In this document: positions 45,463-55,380 of the stretch, piece after piece
Layout of the letters: each line of letters opens with the position of its first letter
How positions within the stretch are numbered: the first letter of the stretch is position 1
Assembly: GCA_033549025.1 (NCBI GenBank)
Contig: JAWSUS010000005.1
Span: 95,597 to 159,596, forward strand
Direction: 5' to 3'
Source: Desulfuromonadales bacterium
Lineage (GTDB): Bacteria; Desulfobacterota; Desulfuromonadia; Desulfuromonadales; SZUA-540
Length of the DNA: 64,000 bases
Notes under the pieces: model-generated
Databases searched by the model: none
Seen by the model: only the letters and a program-made list of their open reading frames with translations
What the model was told of the DNA's origin: nothing
Translations under genes and position numbers: made by a program

Positions 45463-46611
45463 ATGTTTGAATTTGATGAAAGTATCGACCAGAGAGCGAA
45501 AATCAAGGTAATCGGCATCGGTGGCGGCGGGGGCAATGCGGTCAATACCATGATCTCCTCGCAGGTGGAAGGGGTGGAATTCATCTGCGCCAATACCGAT
45601 GCGCAGGCGCTGAGAACCAACAAGGCTCCGATGAAGATTCAGCTGGGCTCCAAGCTCACCAAGGGCTTGGGCGCTGGCGCCAATCCCGAGGTGGGACGCG
45701 AGGCGGCTCGGGAAGACAAGTCCCGTCTGCAGGAAATCCTCGATGGCGCCGACATGGTCTTCATAGCGGCCGGACTGGGCGGCGGCACCGGCACCGGCGC
45801 GGCGCCGATCATCGCTGAAGTCGCCCGGGAAATGGGGGCATTGACCGTCGGCGTCGTTACCAAGCCCTTCTCCCGCGAAGGCAAGCAGCGCATGAAAAAG
45901 GCCGAGCAGGGCGTCGAAGAGCTCAAGGACGTCGTCGACTCGCTGATCGTTATCCCCAACGATCGCCTGCTGGGCCTGGCTGGCAAGAACATGAGCATCC
46001 TCGATGCTTTCAAACCTTCGGATGACGTTCTGCTACAGGCTGTCCAGGGGATTTCCGACCTGATCACCACCAGCGGACTCATCAATGTCGACTTTGCCGA
46101 CGTCAAGGCCATCATGAGCGAGCGCGGCATGGCCATGATGGGCATCGGTCTGGCCGAAGGCGAAAAGCGGGCCGCCGAAGCAGCCCACCAGGCCATCAGC
46201 AGCCCGCTGCTGGAAGATATCGACATCTCGGGCGCCAAAGGGGTGCTGGTCAACATCTCCGGTTCCTCCAACATGACCATGGAAGAGTTCGACGAGGCTT
46301 CCCGCATCATTCACGAGAAGGTGCACGAGGAAGCCAACATCATCACCGGTCTGGTTATCAACGAAGAACTCGGCGACCGTATCAAGATTACGGCCATCGC
46401 CACCGGGTTCGGCCCTTCTTTCGAGAAGAGCGGGCGGCATGCCGAAGAATTGAAAAACCGGGCGGCTGCCACCCTCGGAAAGGTCGATCGCGATCTGCCC
46501 ACGTTCATTCGCGACCGCCAGAAAGAAGTCCCCTTCAGCCTGCGGGCTTCCGGTGGCGGTGAAGAAATGGAATACGACATTCCGACGTTTCTGCGCAAAC
46601 GGGTCGACTAG
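45463..46611 (+). CDS. ftsZ: Cell division protein FtsZ
   Basis: [22 protein letters not shown]-terminal DIPTFLR. Confidence 0.98.
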   Translation: MFEFDESIDQRAKIKVIGIGGGGGNAVNTMISSQVEGVEFICANTDAQALRTNKAPMKIQLGSKLTKGLGAGANPEVGREAAREDKSRLQEILDGADMVFIAAGLGGGTGTGAAPIIAEVAREMGALTVGVVTKPFSREGKQRMKKAEQGVEELKDVVDSLIVIPNDRLLGLAGKNMSILDAFKPSDDVLLQAVQGISDLITTSGLINVDFADVKAIMSERGMAMMGIGLAEGEKRAAEAAHQAISSPLLEDIDISGAKGVLVNISGSSNMTMEEFDEASRIIHEKVHEEANIITGLVINEELGDRIKITAIATGFGPSFEKSGRHAEELKNRAAATLGKVDRDLPTFIRDRQKEVPFSLRASGGGEEMEYDIPTFLRKRVD

Positions 46612-46805
46612 GCCCGGCCAGAATAGATCTTTGATCTCTAGCGGTTCGATGCTCGTGGTTTGAAAAAACGCCGAGCAGGGCCGTAGATGGATTTCCTTGT
46701 GCCGTGCGGGCGCAATACCTTCTGACAGCGGATCTCCGCCTGCTGCCATAAGGAGCCGTGCCGGCTGTATTTGGTCACTCATGAATTGGTAGACTCCCTC
46801 GTCTC

Positions 46806-46834
46806 GGGGACCGCATTTGCGGTCCCCTTTTTTT
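46806..46834 (+). terminator. Intrinsic terminator about 195 nt after ftsZ
   Basis: ggggaccgc-attt-gcggtcccc-ttttttt. Confidence 0.85.
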
Positions 46835-46905
46835 GTGCGCGCCTCTTTACCCGGCTCCCGAATGATGCCATAGTGCAGACAACGTCAGCCCCCAGGATGA
46901 TCCCC

Positions 46906-48630
46906 ATGTCACGACACTTGATCTCTCACGCCAAAAGCCGCCTAGAAAAAGAGAAGGGCAGCCAGCCGAAACCCTGGGGTGGCCGCCTGACCATTGCCCT
47001 GGTCTTTCCCAACACCTATTACCAGGCCATGAGCAATCTCGGTTTTCAGACCGTCTATCATCTGCTCAACAGCCATGACGACATCCTCTGCGAGCGCTTT
47101 TTTCTCCCAGATCCCGCCGATCTGAAGGAACACGAAAAAACTGGGACGGCGCTCTTTTCCCTGGAGTCCCAGCGGCCTCTGGCCGACTTTGATGTCGTGG
47201 CTTTTTCCATCTGCTTTGAAAACGACTACGTCCATCTGCCGACCCTTTTCCGCTTGGGGCGCCTGCCTTTCTACGCGTCCGAGCGCGGAGACAGCCATCC
47301 CCTGATTATTTGTGGCGGCGTCTGTGCTTTTCTGAACCCCGAGCCCCTGGCCGACATCATGGATCTTTTCGCCGTGGGCGAGGGGGAGGTGATTCTGCCG
47401 CCCCTGCTTGAGCAACTGACCCGCCTGGAACTGCCGAGGGGCGAGCTGCTCAGAACCCTGGCTGCCATCCCCGGCGTCTACGTGCCCTCCTTGTACGAGG
47501 TGACCTACGGCGAGGACGGCAGCCTGGCGGCGATAGTGCCTCAGGCCGGGGCGCCGCCGCAGGTACAGCGCCAGTGGGTGAGAGAGCTTGATACCAGTGA
47601 AAGCCGTTCCTATGTGCACACCCAGGACACGGCTTTCGCCGACATGTCGCTGGTGGAGATTTCCCGTGGCTGCTCCCGCGGCTGTCGGTTCTGTGCCGCC
47701 GGTTTCATCTATCTGCCGGCCCGCGAGCGCTCCCTGCAGTCCCTGCTACCGCAGATCGAACAAGGGCTCTGTGAGCATCGTAAGATCGGCCTGGTCGGTG
47801 CCGCCGTGTCGGATTACTCGGCCATCGATGACCTGAACCGGGAGATGTTCGAGCGGGAAGGGCAGGTCTCCGTCGCCAGCCTGCGTATGGATTCCCTCAC
47901 CGCCGACGAGGTGCACGCCCTCCGCAAATCGGGGCACCGCACCCTGGCCCTGGCGCCGGAGGCCGGCAGCCAGCGCCTGCGCGACCTCATCAACAAGGGA
48001 ATCGACGAAGAGCAGATCCTGGCGGCTGCCCGTCTGCTGGCCGCCGGGGGCATCCTCAACCTCAAGCTCTATTTCCTCATCGGCCTGCCGACGGAAGCGC
48101 AGGATGATATCGACGAATTGCTGCAACTGACCATGAAGGTGCGCGAGGTCTGGGTGGAGGAACAGAAGCAAACCGGTCGCCTCGGTACCCTGACCCTGTC
48201 GGTCAATCCCTTCATCCCCAAGCCATTTACCCCACTGCAGTGGGCGGCCATGGACAGCGCCAGGGAGCTGGAGAAAAAAATGAAGAAGATTCGGGCCGGC
48301 ATCGCCCGTCTGCCCAACTGCGAAGTCATCTTTGAGTCGGTGCGCAGCGCCGTATTGCAGGCCTTTCTCTCGCGCGGCGACCGCCGGATGACCGCTGTCC
48401 TCCCTCTGTTGGCCGAGGGTATGAACCTCAAGGCCGCCTGCCGCCAGACGGATCTCGACCCTGATTTTTATGTCACCCGCGAGCGAGGTGAATCTGAACC
48501 TTTCCCCTGGGAGATTATCGACAACGGTGTGCGCCGTGACTACCTGTGGAGCGAGTATCGCCGCGCCGTGAGGGGACAGCTCACCCCCCCTTGTTTTCCC
48601 GGCTGCCGTCGTTGCGGGGTCTGTACCTAG
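46906..48630 (+). CDS. Radical SAM protein with B12-binding-like N-terminal domain
   Basis: FPNTY..AMSNLG, RGCSRGCRFC (CxxxCxxC), APEAGSQRLR, C-terminal C..GC..CGVC. Confidence 0.85.
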   Translation: MSRHLISHAKSRLEKEKGSQPKPWGGRLTIALVFPNTYYQAMSNLGFQTVYHLLNSHDDILCERFFLPDPADLKEHEKTGTALFSLESQRPLADFDVVAFSICFENDYVHLPTLFRLGRLPFYASERGDSHPLIICGGVCAFLNPEPLADIMDLFAVGEGEVILPPLLEQLTRLELPRGELLRTLAAIPGVYVPSLYEVTYGEDGSLAAIVPQAGAPPQVQRQWVRELDTSESRSYVHTQDTAFADMSLVEISRGCSRGCRFCAAGFIYLPARERSLQSLLPQIEQGLCEHRKIGLVGAAVSDYSAIDDLNREMFEREGQVSVASLRMDSLTADEVHALRKSGHRTLALAPEAGSQRLRDLINKGIDEEQILAAARLLAAGGILNLKLYFLIGLPTEAQDDIDELLQLTMKVREVWVEEQKQTGRLGTLTLSVNPFIPKPFTPLQWAAMDSARELEKKMKKIRAGIARLPNCEVIFESVRSAVLQAFLSRGDRRMTAVLPLLAEGMNLKAACRQTDLDPDFYVTRERGESEPFPWEIIDNGVRRDYLWSEYRRAVRGQLTPPCFPGCRRCGVCT

Positions 48631-48745
48631 GTTTTTCCGGCCCTTTGCTGCAAAAAGAGGAGAGTGCGTTATAATCCTTGACAAGTTTTGCAAGCCTGTT
48701 TAAATTATAACCAATTCAATCCTCAATTGACCAAAGGAGAGACTC

Positions 48746-49264
48746 ATGAGCGAAAAGCGCAGTGGTGTCATTACTTTTAAAGGCAACCCCGTTACCTTGG
48801 TCGGTCCTGATGTCAAGGTCGGTGATAGCGCCCCCGATTTCCACGTGGTCGACGGCACCCTCACGCCCGTGACCCTGGCCGATTCCAAAGGAAAGGTGCG
48901 CCTCATCACCGTCGTTCCTTCTCTTGACACTGGCGTCTGCGATACCATGACACGCAAATTTAATGAAGAGGCGGCCAAACTGCCTGAGGACGTCGTCGTC
49001 TACACCGTCAGCGTCGATCTGCCCTTTGCCCAGAACCGTTGGTGTGGCAACGCCGGCATCGACCGGGTGAAGACCCTGTCCGATTACCAGGATCGTTCCT
49101 TCGGTCTCAACTATGGCCTGCTGATCGACGAGCTCAAGCTGCTCGCCCGCGCCGTACTGGTGGTGGATGCTAACGATAAGATTGTCTATCGGGAAATCGT
49201 CAAGGAAGTAACCACCGAGCCCGATTACAAGGCGGCTCTGGAGGCGGTCCGCAAGCTGGTTTGA
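48746..49264 (+). CDS. tpx: Thiol peroxidase
   Basis: [31 protein letters not shown]. Confidence 0.95.
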   Translation: MSEKRSGVITFKGNPVTLVGPDVKVGDSAPDFHVVDGTLTPVTLADSKGKVRLITVVPSLDTGVCDTMTRKFNEEAAKLPEDVVVYTVSVDLPFAQNRWCGNAGIDRVKTLSDYQDRSFGLNYGLLIDELKLLARAVLVVDANDKIVYREIVKEVTTEPDYKAALEAVRKLV

Positions 49265-49282
49265 TGGCGGCTGTGCTGTAAG

Positions 49283-49324
49283 AAAAAAGCCCCTGCCAGC
49301 GGTTCGGCGGGGGCTTTCCTTTTG
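49283..49324. terminator. Bidirectional terminator
   Basis: aaaaaagcccctgcc...ggcgggggctttcctttt between convergent genes. Confidence 0.7.
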
Positions 49325-49342
49325 GAAGTGGGAACGCACGAC

Positions 49343-49534
49343 TCAGGGCTTGCGATCCTTTTTGCCGAGGATGGCGTCGACACGGAGACTGTCCCTGATG
49401 TCCTGCTTGGTCTGCTGCACCGTCCGGTAGGTGCGGTAGGCCGACTCCGCCAGACGGCGCGCCGGGCCGACGCCTAAGATGAGGACGATGAGGCCGGCGA
49501 GCAAAGCAATTTCCAACAATCCGAGTCCGAACAT
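49343..49534 (-). CDS. TatA/TatB-like small membrane protein
   Basis: MFGLGLLEI, TM, G.GP hinge, amphipathic helix; RBS GGAG. Confidence 0.55.
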   Translation of the reverse strand: MFGLGLLEIALLAGLIVLILGVGPARRLAESAYRTYRTVQQTKQDIRDSLRVDAILGKKDRKP

Positions 49535-49704
49535 GTTCGTCTCCAAGTCAATGAAAGGCTGTGGCCATCCTAGGGCAAAGAGACCTTTACGGCAAGTGGT
49601 GATTTCTGGGATGCTGCTTGCCGGGGTGGACAGCGCCAGGTTGCAGGCATTATGATTCAGCTGCCAGACACCGCCCGAGCGGAAGCCGGCAGAAAGGCAA
49701 AGCG

Positions 49705-50766
49705 ATGAATATCGAACAGATGAAAACGGTGCTGCGCGAAATCCTCACCCGCACGGACCTAACCCCCTGCGTGGTCGGCCACCGCGGCGTCGGCAAGACG
49801 GCGGGTATCCTGCAGGTCTGTCGGGAGATCGGCCGACAGTACGTTCCCCTGCGGCTGGGGCAGATGGAAGTCGGCGACCTGGTGGGCATTCCCTACCGCG
49901 AGGGGGAGGTCATGCACTGGTCGCGTCCCTCCTGGTGGCCGTCCGAGCAGGACGAGCCGACCATCATTCACTGCGACGAGCTTAATCGGGCCCAGCAGGA
50001 GGATACCCTGCAGGCCATTTTTCAGTTTGTCGAGCTGCCGGCGGAGGGGCAGCGCCGCGCTCTGCACACCCACAAGCTGGCGCCCAAACATAAGGTGGTG
50101 GTATCCATCAATCCGCCCGACGGCACCTATCAGGTGGCGACCCTCGACCGCGCCCTGCTCGACCGCATGGTCATGATCACCGTCGAGACCGATTACCCCT
50201 GCTGGGCCCGCCACGCCCGTCAGCGTGGTTTCGATGATGGGGTACAGCAGTTCCTGGCGGCGTTTCCGCAGCTGCTGGCGCATCAGGGCAGCCCCGTCGA
50301 CATGCAGATGGAGCCGACGGAGCGGGCTTGGGAGATGGTCAGCACCCTGCGCCGCCACTGCCGTTTTTCTGCCGAGCTGGAGATGGAAGTCTATGCCGGC
50401 ATCGTCGGCAAAGAGGCGGCCGTGGCCTTTTTGCGCTGGTGCGCTGAGCAGAGCGAGCGCCCGTTGACAGCCGCCGATATTCTCGACGACTGGGACCGCG
50501 TCGCCGATCAAGCGGCCAGCCAGCGCGATGATCAGCAGGCCGCCACCCTCAATGCCCTGGTTACGGCCCTGGAGACTTCTGCCGCCATGACCCTGGCGCA
50601 GGAGCGCAACCTCGTCGCCTACATCGACGTGCTCCCCCGCGATTTGCGTTTCGCCCTGGTCAAGTCGCTGCTGCGCCTGCCCCAGGTGGCGCAGACTCTC
50701 AGCAAGGACGAGTACGACGGGGTGATTTTTGAAGCCATCAGCGAAATCAGCCGCGAGGCCTCCTGA
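49705..50766 (+). CDS. MoxR/dynein-related AAA+ ATPase
   Basis: Walker A GHRGVGKT, DLVGIP, Walker B IIHCDELNRA, SINP, ALLDR. Confidence 0.85.
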   Translation: MNIEQMKTVLREILTRTDLTPCVVGHRGVGKTAGILQVCREIGRQYVPLRLGQMEVGDLVGIPYREGEVMHWSRPSWWPSEQDEPTIIHCDELNRAQQEDTLQAIFQFVELPAEGQRRALHTHKLAPKHKVVVSINPPDGTYQVATLDRALLDRMVMITVETDYPCWARHARQRGFDDGVQQFLAAFPQLLAHQGSPVDMQMEPTERAWEMVSTLRRHCRFSAELEMEVYAGIVGKEAAVAFLRWCAEQSERPLTAADILDDWDRVADQAASQRDDQQAATLNALVTALETSAAMTLAQERNLVAYIDVLPRDLRFALVKSLLRLPQVAQTLSKDEYDGVIFEAISEISREAS

Positions 50767-50770
50767 GGCC

Positions 50771-51958
50771 ATGACGGCGCGGGTGCTGGAGAACGCCGTG
50801 GTGCGCCTGCTCAAGACGCACCCCTTTTATGGCCAGTTTCTGCTCGGCTTTCGCCGCTGCGAGGTGGCGGGGGACAAAGCCCTGGGGGTGACCTTCCGTA
50901 ACGGCATCCCGACCCTCTGTTTCAACCCCGAACGACTGGCCTCCTTTGAGTCGGCGCAGCAGCGAGCCTTGCTGGAGCACGTCATCAAGCACGTCCTGCA
51001 TCTGCACATGTTGCGGCGCAAGGAGCGAAACAGTCATGATTGGGATTTGGCCTGTGATCTGGCCATCAACCCGGGTATCGCCGACCTTCCCCCGCAAGCG
51101 GCCCTGCCGAAGCGTCTGCGGCTGGAGGAGGGGTTGGCCGCCGAGGAATATTATCGTTTGCTGGAGCGCCCCTTCGACACCGGCAACCAGCAAGGGCAGG
51201 GGCTGGGCAACGCCGAGCAGGATGCGGGCGAGCATGCTGAGGCCGGAAACGAGGAGATCGAGCCGGCGCTGAACAGTCAGCCGCAGATCCATGACGATCA
51301 CCAGGTCTGGCAGGAGTCCGACAGCACCCCGGCCGCCCTGGCGGAACAGGTCATACGCGACCTGGTGCAGGACGCCTGGCGCAAGAGTCACGGCGAAGTC
51401 CCCGGCGATGTGCGCGAACTGGTGGAGGGCCTGCTGGCGCCCTCGCCCATCCCCTGGAAGCAGGTGCTGCGCCAGTTTGTGGCTACAGCCGGTCGCGTTG
51501 GCCGCCAGAGTACCTGGAAGCGGGAACATCGCCGCTTTGCCCACGAAACCCCCGGCCAGCGCAAGCGTCGGCGCCTGAATCTGCTGGTGGGGGTCGATGT
51601 CAGCGATTCGACCAATATCCGGGAATTGCGCGAAACTTTCGCCCATGAACTGCTCAGTATTGCCCGCAGTCGCGACAGCCACCTCACCGTCCTCTACGCC
51701 GGCAGCCGCGTGCAGCGTATCGACAGCTTTCGCAGCAGCGCCGCCGTGAGCGAAGTCTACGAAGGGGGCGGTTTCACCGACCTGCGTCCCGTCTTCGACT
51801 ATGCCCGCACCATGCAGCCGCCGCCGGCGGCGATCATCTACCTGACGGACGGCTACGGCGAAGCCCCCGCGGCCATGGCCTATCCCACCCTGTGGGTATT
51901 GACCCGGGACGGTCAGAAACCGGCGCCCTGGGGCGTGGAGTTGCGACTGGATGCATGA
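50771..51958 (+). CDS. DUF2201 metallopeptidase-like plus vWA domain protein
   Basis: HPFYG, HVIKH.L.H, WDLACDLAIN, PWKQVL, MIDAS DVSDS, GGFTD, YLTDG. Confidence 0.82.
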   Translation: MTARVLENAVVRLLKTHPFYGQFLLGFRRCEVAGDKALGVTFRNGIPTLCFNPERLASFESAQQRALLEHVIKHVLHLHMLRRKERNSHDWDLACDLAINPGIADLPPQAALPKRLRLEEGLAAEEYYRLLERPFDTGNQQGQGLGNAEQDAGEHAEAGNEEIEPALNSQPQIHDDHQVWQESDSTPAALAEQVIRDLVQDAWRKSHGEVPGDVRELVEGLLAPSPIPWKQVLRQFVATAGRVGRQSTWKREHRRFAHETPGQRKRRRLNLLVGVDVSDSTNIRELRETFAHELLSIARSRDSHLTVLYAGSRVQRIDSFRSSAAVSEVYEGGGFTDLRPVFDYARTMQPPPAAIIYLTDGYGEAPAAMAYPTLWVLTRDGQKPAPWGVELRLDA

Positions 51959-51979
51959 AACGGAGAGGAGAGTATTTGG

Positions 51980-52387
51980 ATGGATACCGATATCAAACCG
52001 ATGACGCTGGAATCCGTGCGTGACCTGCTGGTCGAGGCGGGAGCCAAGGTGATGGCCCGTTCGGGGCGCAGTGAACACTACAGCGCACCGCGGGAATTTT
52101 CCTTCGAGGTCAAGGCCCTCTTTCCCAACGGCCTCGGCCTGCACATCGTAGCCCGTCAGTTCAACTATCGCGATCCCTGGGAGGCCGAGGGGCGCGTCAA
52201 CGATCAGGTGGACGTCTCTCTGATGAAGGACGGCGGCTATGCGCCCCTGCCCAAGGGGTACGCCTTTTTTCAGGGGCGGGACGAAGAGGAAGGGGTTGAA
52301 GAAGAGCGATTGCGGGAGATCGTCGCCTGCGTGCGCGACCTTAATCCGAAAATCTACCGATTACAGGAACTCACCGGCGACCTCTAG
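51980..52387 (+). CDS. Hypothetical 135-aa protein, third gene of the AAA/vWA operon
   Basis: RBS GAGAGGAG; starts 21 bp after the vWA gene. Confidence 0.75.
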   Translation: MDTDIKPMTLESVRDLLVEAGAKVMARSGRSEHYSAPREFSFEVKALFPNGLGLHIVARQFNYRDPWEAEGRVNDQVDVSLMKDGGYAPLPKGYAFFQGRDEEEGVEEERLREIVACVRDLNPKIYRLQELTGDL

Positions 52388-52402
52388 GTCGCCGGTTTTT
52401 TT

Positions 52403-53443
52403 TCAGCGCAGCCACAAGCGGGCTGCCGGGGCGGGCAGTACACGGCCGATGACGAAGGCCTGACCGCCCCCTTCACGCAGCCTGGCACAGAGACTGTCCG
52501 CCCTGGCTTCCGGTACGGCCATGAGCAGGCCGCCGGAGGTCTGCGGGTCGGCGAGCAGATCGAGCACGGCGCGGGACGCCTGCTCCGCCTGTTCCACCCG
52601 GGGCAGATAGTAGGCGCGGTTGGCGTAGCTCCCTTCGGGCACCAGGCCCATGTCGGCCATCTCCAGGGCGCGCGGATAGGCCGGCAGGGCTTGCCCATTT
52701 ATTTCCAGGCAGACACCGCTGGCTTCCGCCATCTCGAGGGCGTGGCCAAGCAGGCCGAAACCGGTCACGTCGGTGCAGGCCGAAATCCCCACCTCCATCA
52801 TGATCTCGCTGGCCCGCCGGTTGAGCAAACACATGCCCTGCAGCGCCTCGGGAATATCTCCATCCTGCAGCACTTCCCCTTTGATGGCCGTGGTCAGCAG
52901 CCCAGTACCTAGCGGCTTGGTGAGTACAAGCACGTCGCCCGGCCTGGCTCCCTGGGTGGTGACCATGCGGCGCGGATCGACCAGTCCCGTGACTGCCAGG
53001 CCGAACTTGGGCTCGTCATCCTGGACCGAATGCCCTCCCACCACCACGGCGCCCGCCTCCAGCACCTTGTCGGCTCCGCCCTGCAGAATGCGGGTCAGCA
53101 TCTCCGTCCCTAAGGAGCAGGTGGGAAAACCCACCAGGTTCAGGGCGGTCAGCGGCCGGCCCCCCACGGTGTAGATGTCGGAGAGGGCGTTGGCGGCGGC
53201 AATCTGGCCGTAGAGGTAGGGGTCATCGACCACGGGGGTGAAGAAGTCGATGGACTGCACCAGTGCCATGTCGTCGGCGAGGCGGTAGATGCCGGCGTCG
53301 GCGAAGGGAATGGCGGCGGACAGCAGATTGTCGTCCTTGTATGTCGGCAGATGGCACAGAACCTGTGCCAGGGTCTCGGGACCCAGTTTGGCCGCTCAGC
53401 CGGCGCTGCGGGCCAGGCTGCTGAGGCGTGTCTTCTCGGCCAT
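52403..53443 (-). CDS. selD: Selenophosphate synthetase, selenocysteine-containing (TGA at codon 16)
   Basis: ATG at 53443 with RBS GGAG gives MAEKTRLSSLARSAG-U-AAKLGP, in frame with QSIDFFTP, NALSD, GGHS, TDVTGFGLLGH, DPQTSGGLL. Confidence 0.95.
53352..53395 (-). promoter_or_regulatory. SECIS-like stem-loops 3' of the selD UGA
   Basis: GGGUC-CCGA-GACCC starting about 11 nt after UGA, then UGGCACAG-GUU-CUGUGCCA. Confidence 0.7.
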
Positions 53444-53462
53444 GGTTGTCTCCATTTTCAGG

Positions 53463-55379
53463 TTAGGCGGGCGGCAGCTTCCAGGCCACCCGTTCGTCCC
53501 CCCGCCGCATGGTGTACTTGAGGGAGTCGAAGTGTTCGAGGACGGCCTGCGTCTGCTTGCGGGCACTCCCCAGAATGTCGCGAAACTGGGCCAGGGTCAG
53601 GGTCTGCTGGCTGGCGAAGTGCTGGCGCAGTGCATCGACGGCCCGCTGGTAGGTTTCGAGGTGGAAGAAGGATTCCTCGCTCAGGCGCACCAGCCGCCCC
53701 TGGGCGAAGAGGAAGCCGAAGTAGGGATCGGCCTTCTCGGCGCTCAAGCCGAGCTGATCGAGCATTTCACGCTTGTTCTTGGCCAGAAAGCCGGCGCTGC
53801 GGTAGGCCTCTTCGATGCGGTTGATCTCCGGGGCCTGGGCCTCGGAAGGGGTCGGCACGTAGCCGTGAACGGCCACCCATTCGCCCTGCTGAGCGAGGAG
53901 GCCTTCGGCCACGGCCTGTTCCAGCAATTGCTCGAAACCCTTGGCCGACAGGGTCGCCGGCAGGGTGTTCTTCAGGGTGGCGTGGGGAATGCCGGGCAGC
54001 AGCGGGTTCTGGCCGAGAAACCGTTTGGTTTCCTCCTGCAGCTGGTGCAGCCAGGAGCGGATCGATTCGCTGATGGTCCACTGGTCTCCGAGCAGGACCA
54101 CCTTGCCGTCCTGTTCCAGGGTCTGCAGGTGGTCGGTGATGCGCTCCTTGCCCATGCCGGAGATGAGCTCGAGCTCCTTCACCCTGGCACATCCCTGCTG
54201 GCTGAGCTTCTGCAGCAGGAACGATTTCTCCCCCGATTCCAGCTCGGCCAGGGCCGACATGATCTCCTCGCGGAAGCGGCGGTGCTTGACGGGCTTGGGG
54301 TCGATGACCTTGCCGCCGCCGATGGTGGTCATGGGGGAATAGGAGCGGATGATGAAGCGATCTTCGCGGTGAGCGACCAGGGGACGATCGAGGTGGATCT
54401 GCACGATGGCGCTTTCGCCCGGCTCCATGGTGTCGCGGTCGAGAAGGGCGACCATCCCCACCACCTTGGCGGTGCCGAGGTAGAAGTGCACCGGATCGCG
54501 GAACTTGAGTGGGCGAGGGGCATCGGCGAGCAGGGTCAGGCGCACGTCGATGCGGTCCGTCTGCTCGAAGATGCCCGGGGTGCCTACGACCGCACCGCGC
54601 TGCAGCCGGGAGCGCTCGATCCCCGTCAGGTTGAGGGCGACGCGCTGGCCGGCAAAGGCGGCGTCGACCTTTTTGCTGTGCACCTGCACCTCGCGCACGC
54701 GGGTCGTCTCCCCCGGCGGCAGCACTTCCAGGGTGTCGCCGGGGCGCACCGTGCCCGACAGCAGGGTGCCGGTCACCACCGTGCCGAATCCGGCCACGGT
54801 GAAGTGGCGGTCGACGGGGAGGCGCAGGGGGCCGTCGGCATCTTTGCTCGCCAAAGCCTTGACCTCTTCGGCGATGGTCTTGACCAGTTCGGGAATCCCT
54901 TCGCCGGTGATGGAAGAGACCCGGCAGCAGGGGGCATCCTTGAGAAAGGTGCCACTGATCTCCTCGCGGACCTCTTCTTCGACGATATCGATCCAGTCCG
55001 GTTCGGCCAGGTCGCATTTGGTCAATACCACAATGCCTCTGGGAACCTGCAGCAGGTCGAGAATCTGCAGATGTTCGTGGGTCTGGGGCATGACGCCCTC
55101 GTTGACATCGATGACGAGAAGTACCAGGTCGATGCCGCCGATGCCGGCCAGCATATTGCTGATGAAGCGTTCGTGGCCCGGCACGTCGACTACGCCGGCA
55201 ATCTCGCCGCTGGGCAAACGAAAAGGGGCAAAGCCGATGTCGATGGAAATGCCGCGAGCCTTCTCTTCCTTGAGGCGGTCCGTTTCCTTTCCGGTGAGGG
55301 CGCGGATAAGTTCCGTCTTGCCGTGGTCGACGTGGCCGGCCGTGCCGATGATGACGTGATGTTCGGTCTTCAGGCTCAT
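53463..55379 (-). CDS. selB: Selenocysteine-specific elongation factor
   Basis: GTAGHVDHGKT, DRLKEE..RGISID, DVPGHE, C-terminal winged helix ..RK....LEHFD. Confidence 0.96.
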   Translation of the reverse strand: MSLKTEHHVIIGTAGHVDHGKTELIRALTGKETDRLKEEKARGISIDIGFAPFRLPSGEIAGVVDVPGHERFISNMLAGIGGIDLVLLVIDVNEGVMPQTHEHLQILDLLQVPRGIVVLTKCDLAEPDWIDIVEEEVREEISGTFLKDAPCCRVSSITGEGIPELVKTIAEEVKALASKDADGPLRLPVDRHFTVAGFGTVVTGTLLSGTVRPGDTLEVLPPGETTRVREVQVHSKKVDAAFAGQRVALNLTGIERSRLQRGAVVGTPGIFEQTDRIDVRLTLLADAPRPLKFRDPVHFYLGTAKVVGMVALLDRDTMEPGESAIVQIHLDRPLVAHREDRFIIRSYSPMTTIGGGKVIDPKPVKHRRFREEIMSALAELESGEKSFLLQKLSQQGCARVKELELISGMGKERITDHLQTLEQDGKVVLLGDQWTISESIRSWLHQLQEETKRFLGQNPLLPGIPHATLKNTLPATLSAKGFEQLLEQAVAEGLLAQQGEWVAVHGYVPTPSEAQAPEINRIEEAYRSAGFLAKNKREMLDQLGLSAEKADPYFGFLFAQGRLVRLSEESFFHLETYQRAVDALRQHFASQQTLTLAQFRDILGSARKQTQAVLEHFDSLKYTMRRGDERVAWKLPPA

Positions 55380-55380
55380 G

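Noticed and set aside
46687..48630. Sec read-through of the 12-codon ORF, which is in frame with the radical SAM gene
   Set aside because: A strong intrinsic terminator (46806-46834) intervenes, the extension looks non-coding, and the hairpin is not spaced like the selD SECIS.
52403..53443. selD as a pseudogene with a nonsense mutation
   Set aside because: The TGA sits exactly at the catalytic Cys/Sec site, with downstream hairpins and selA/selB adjacent.
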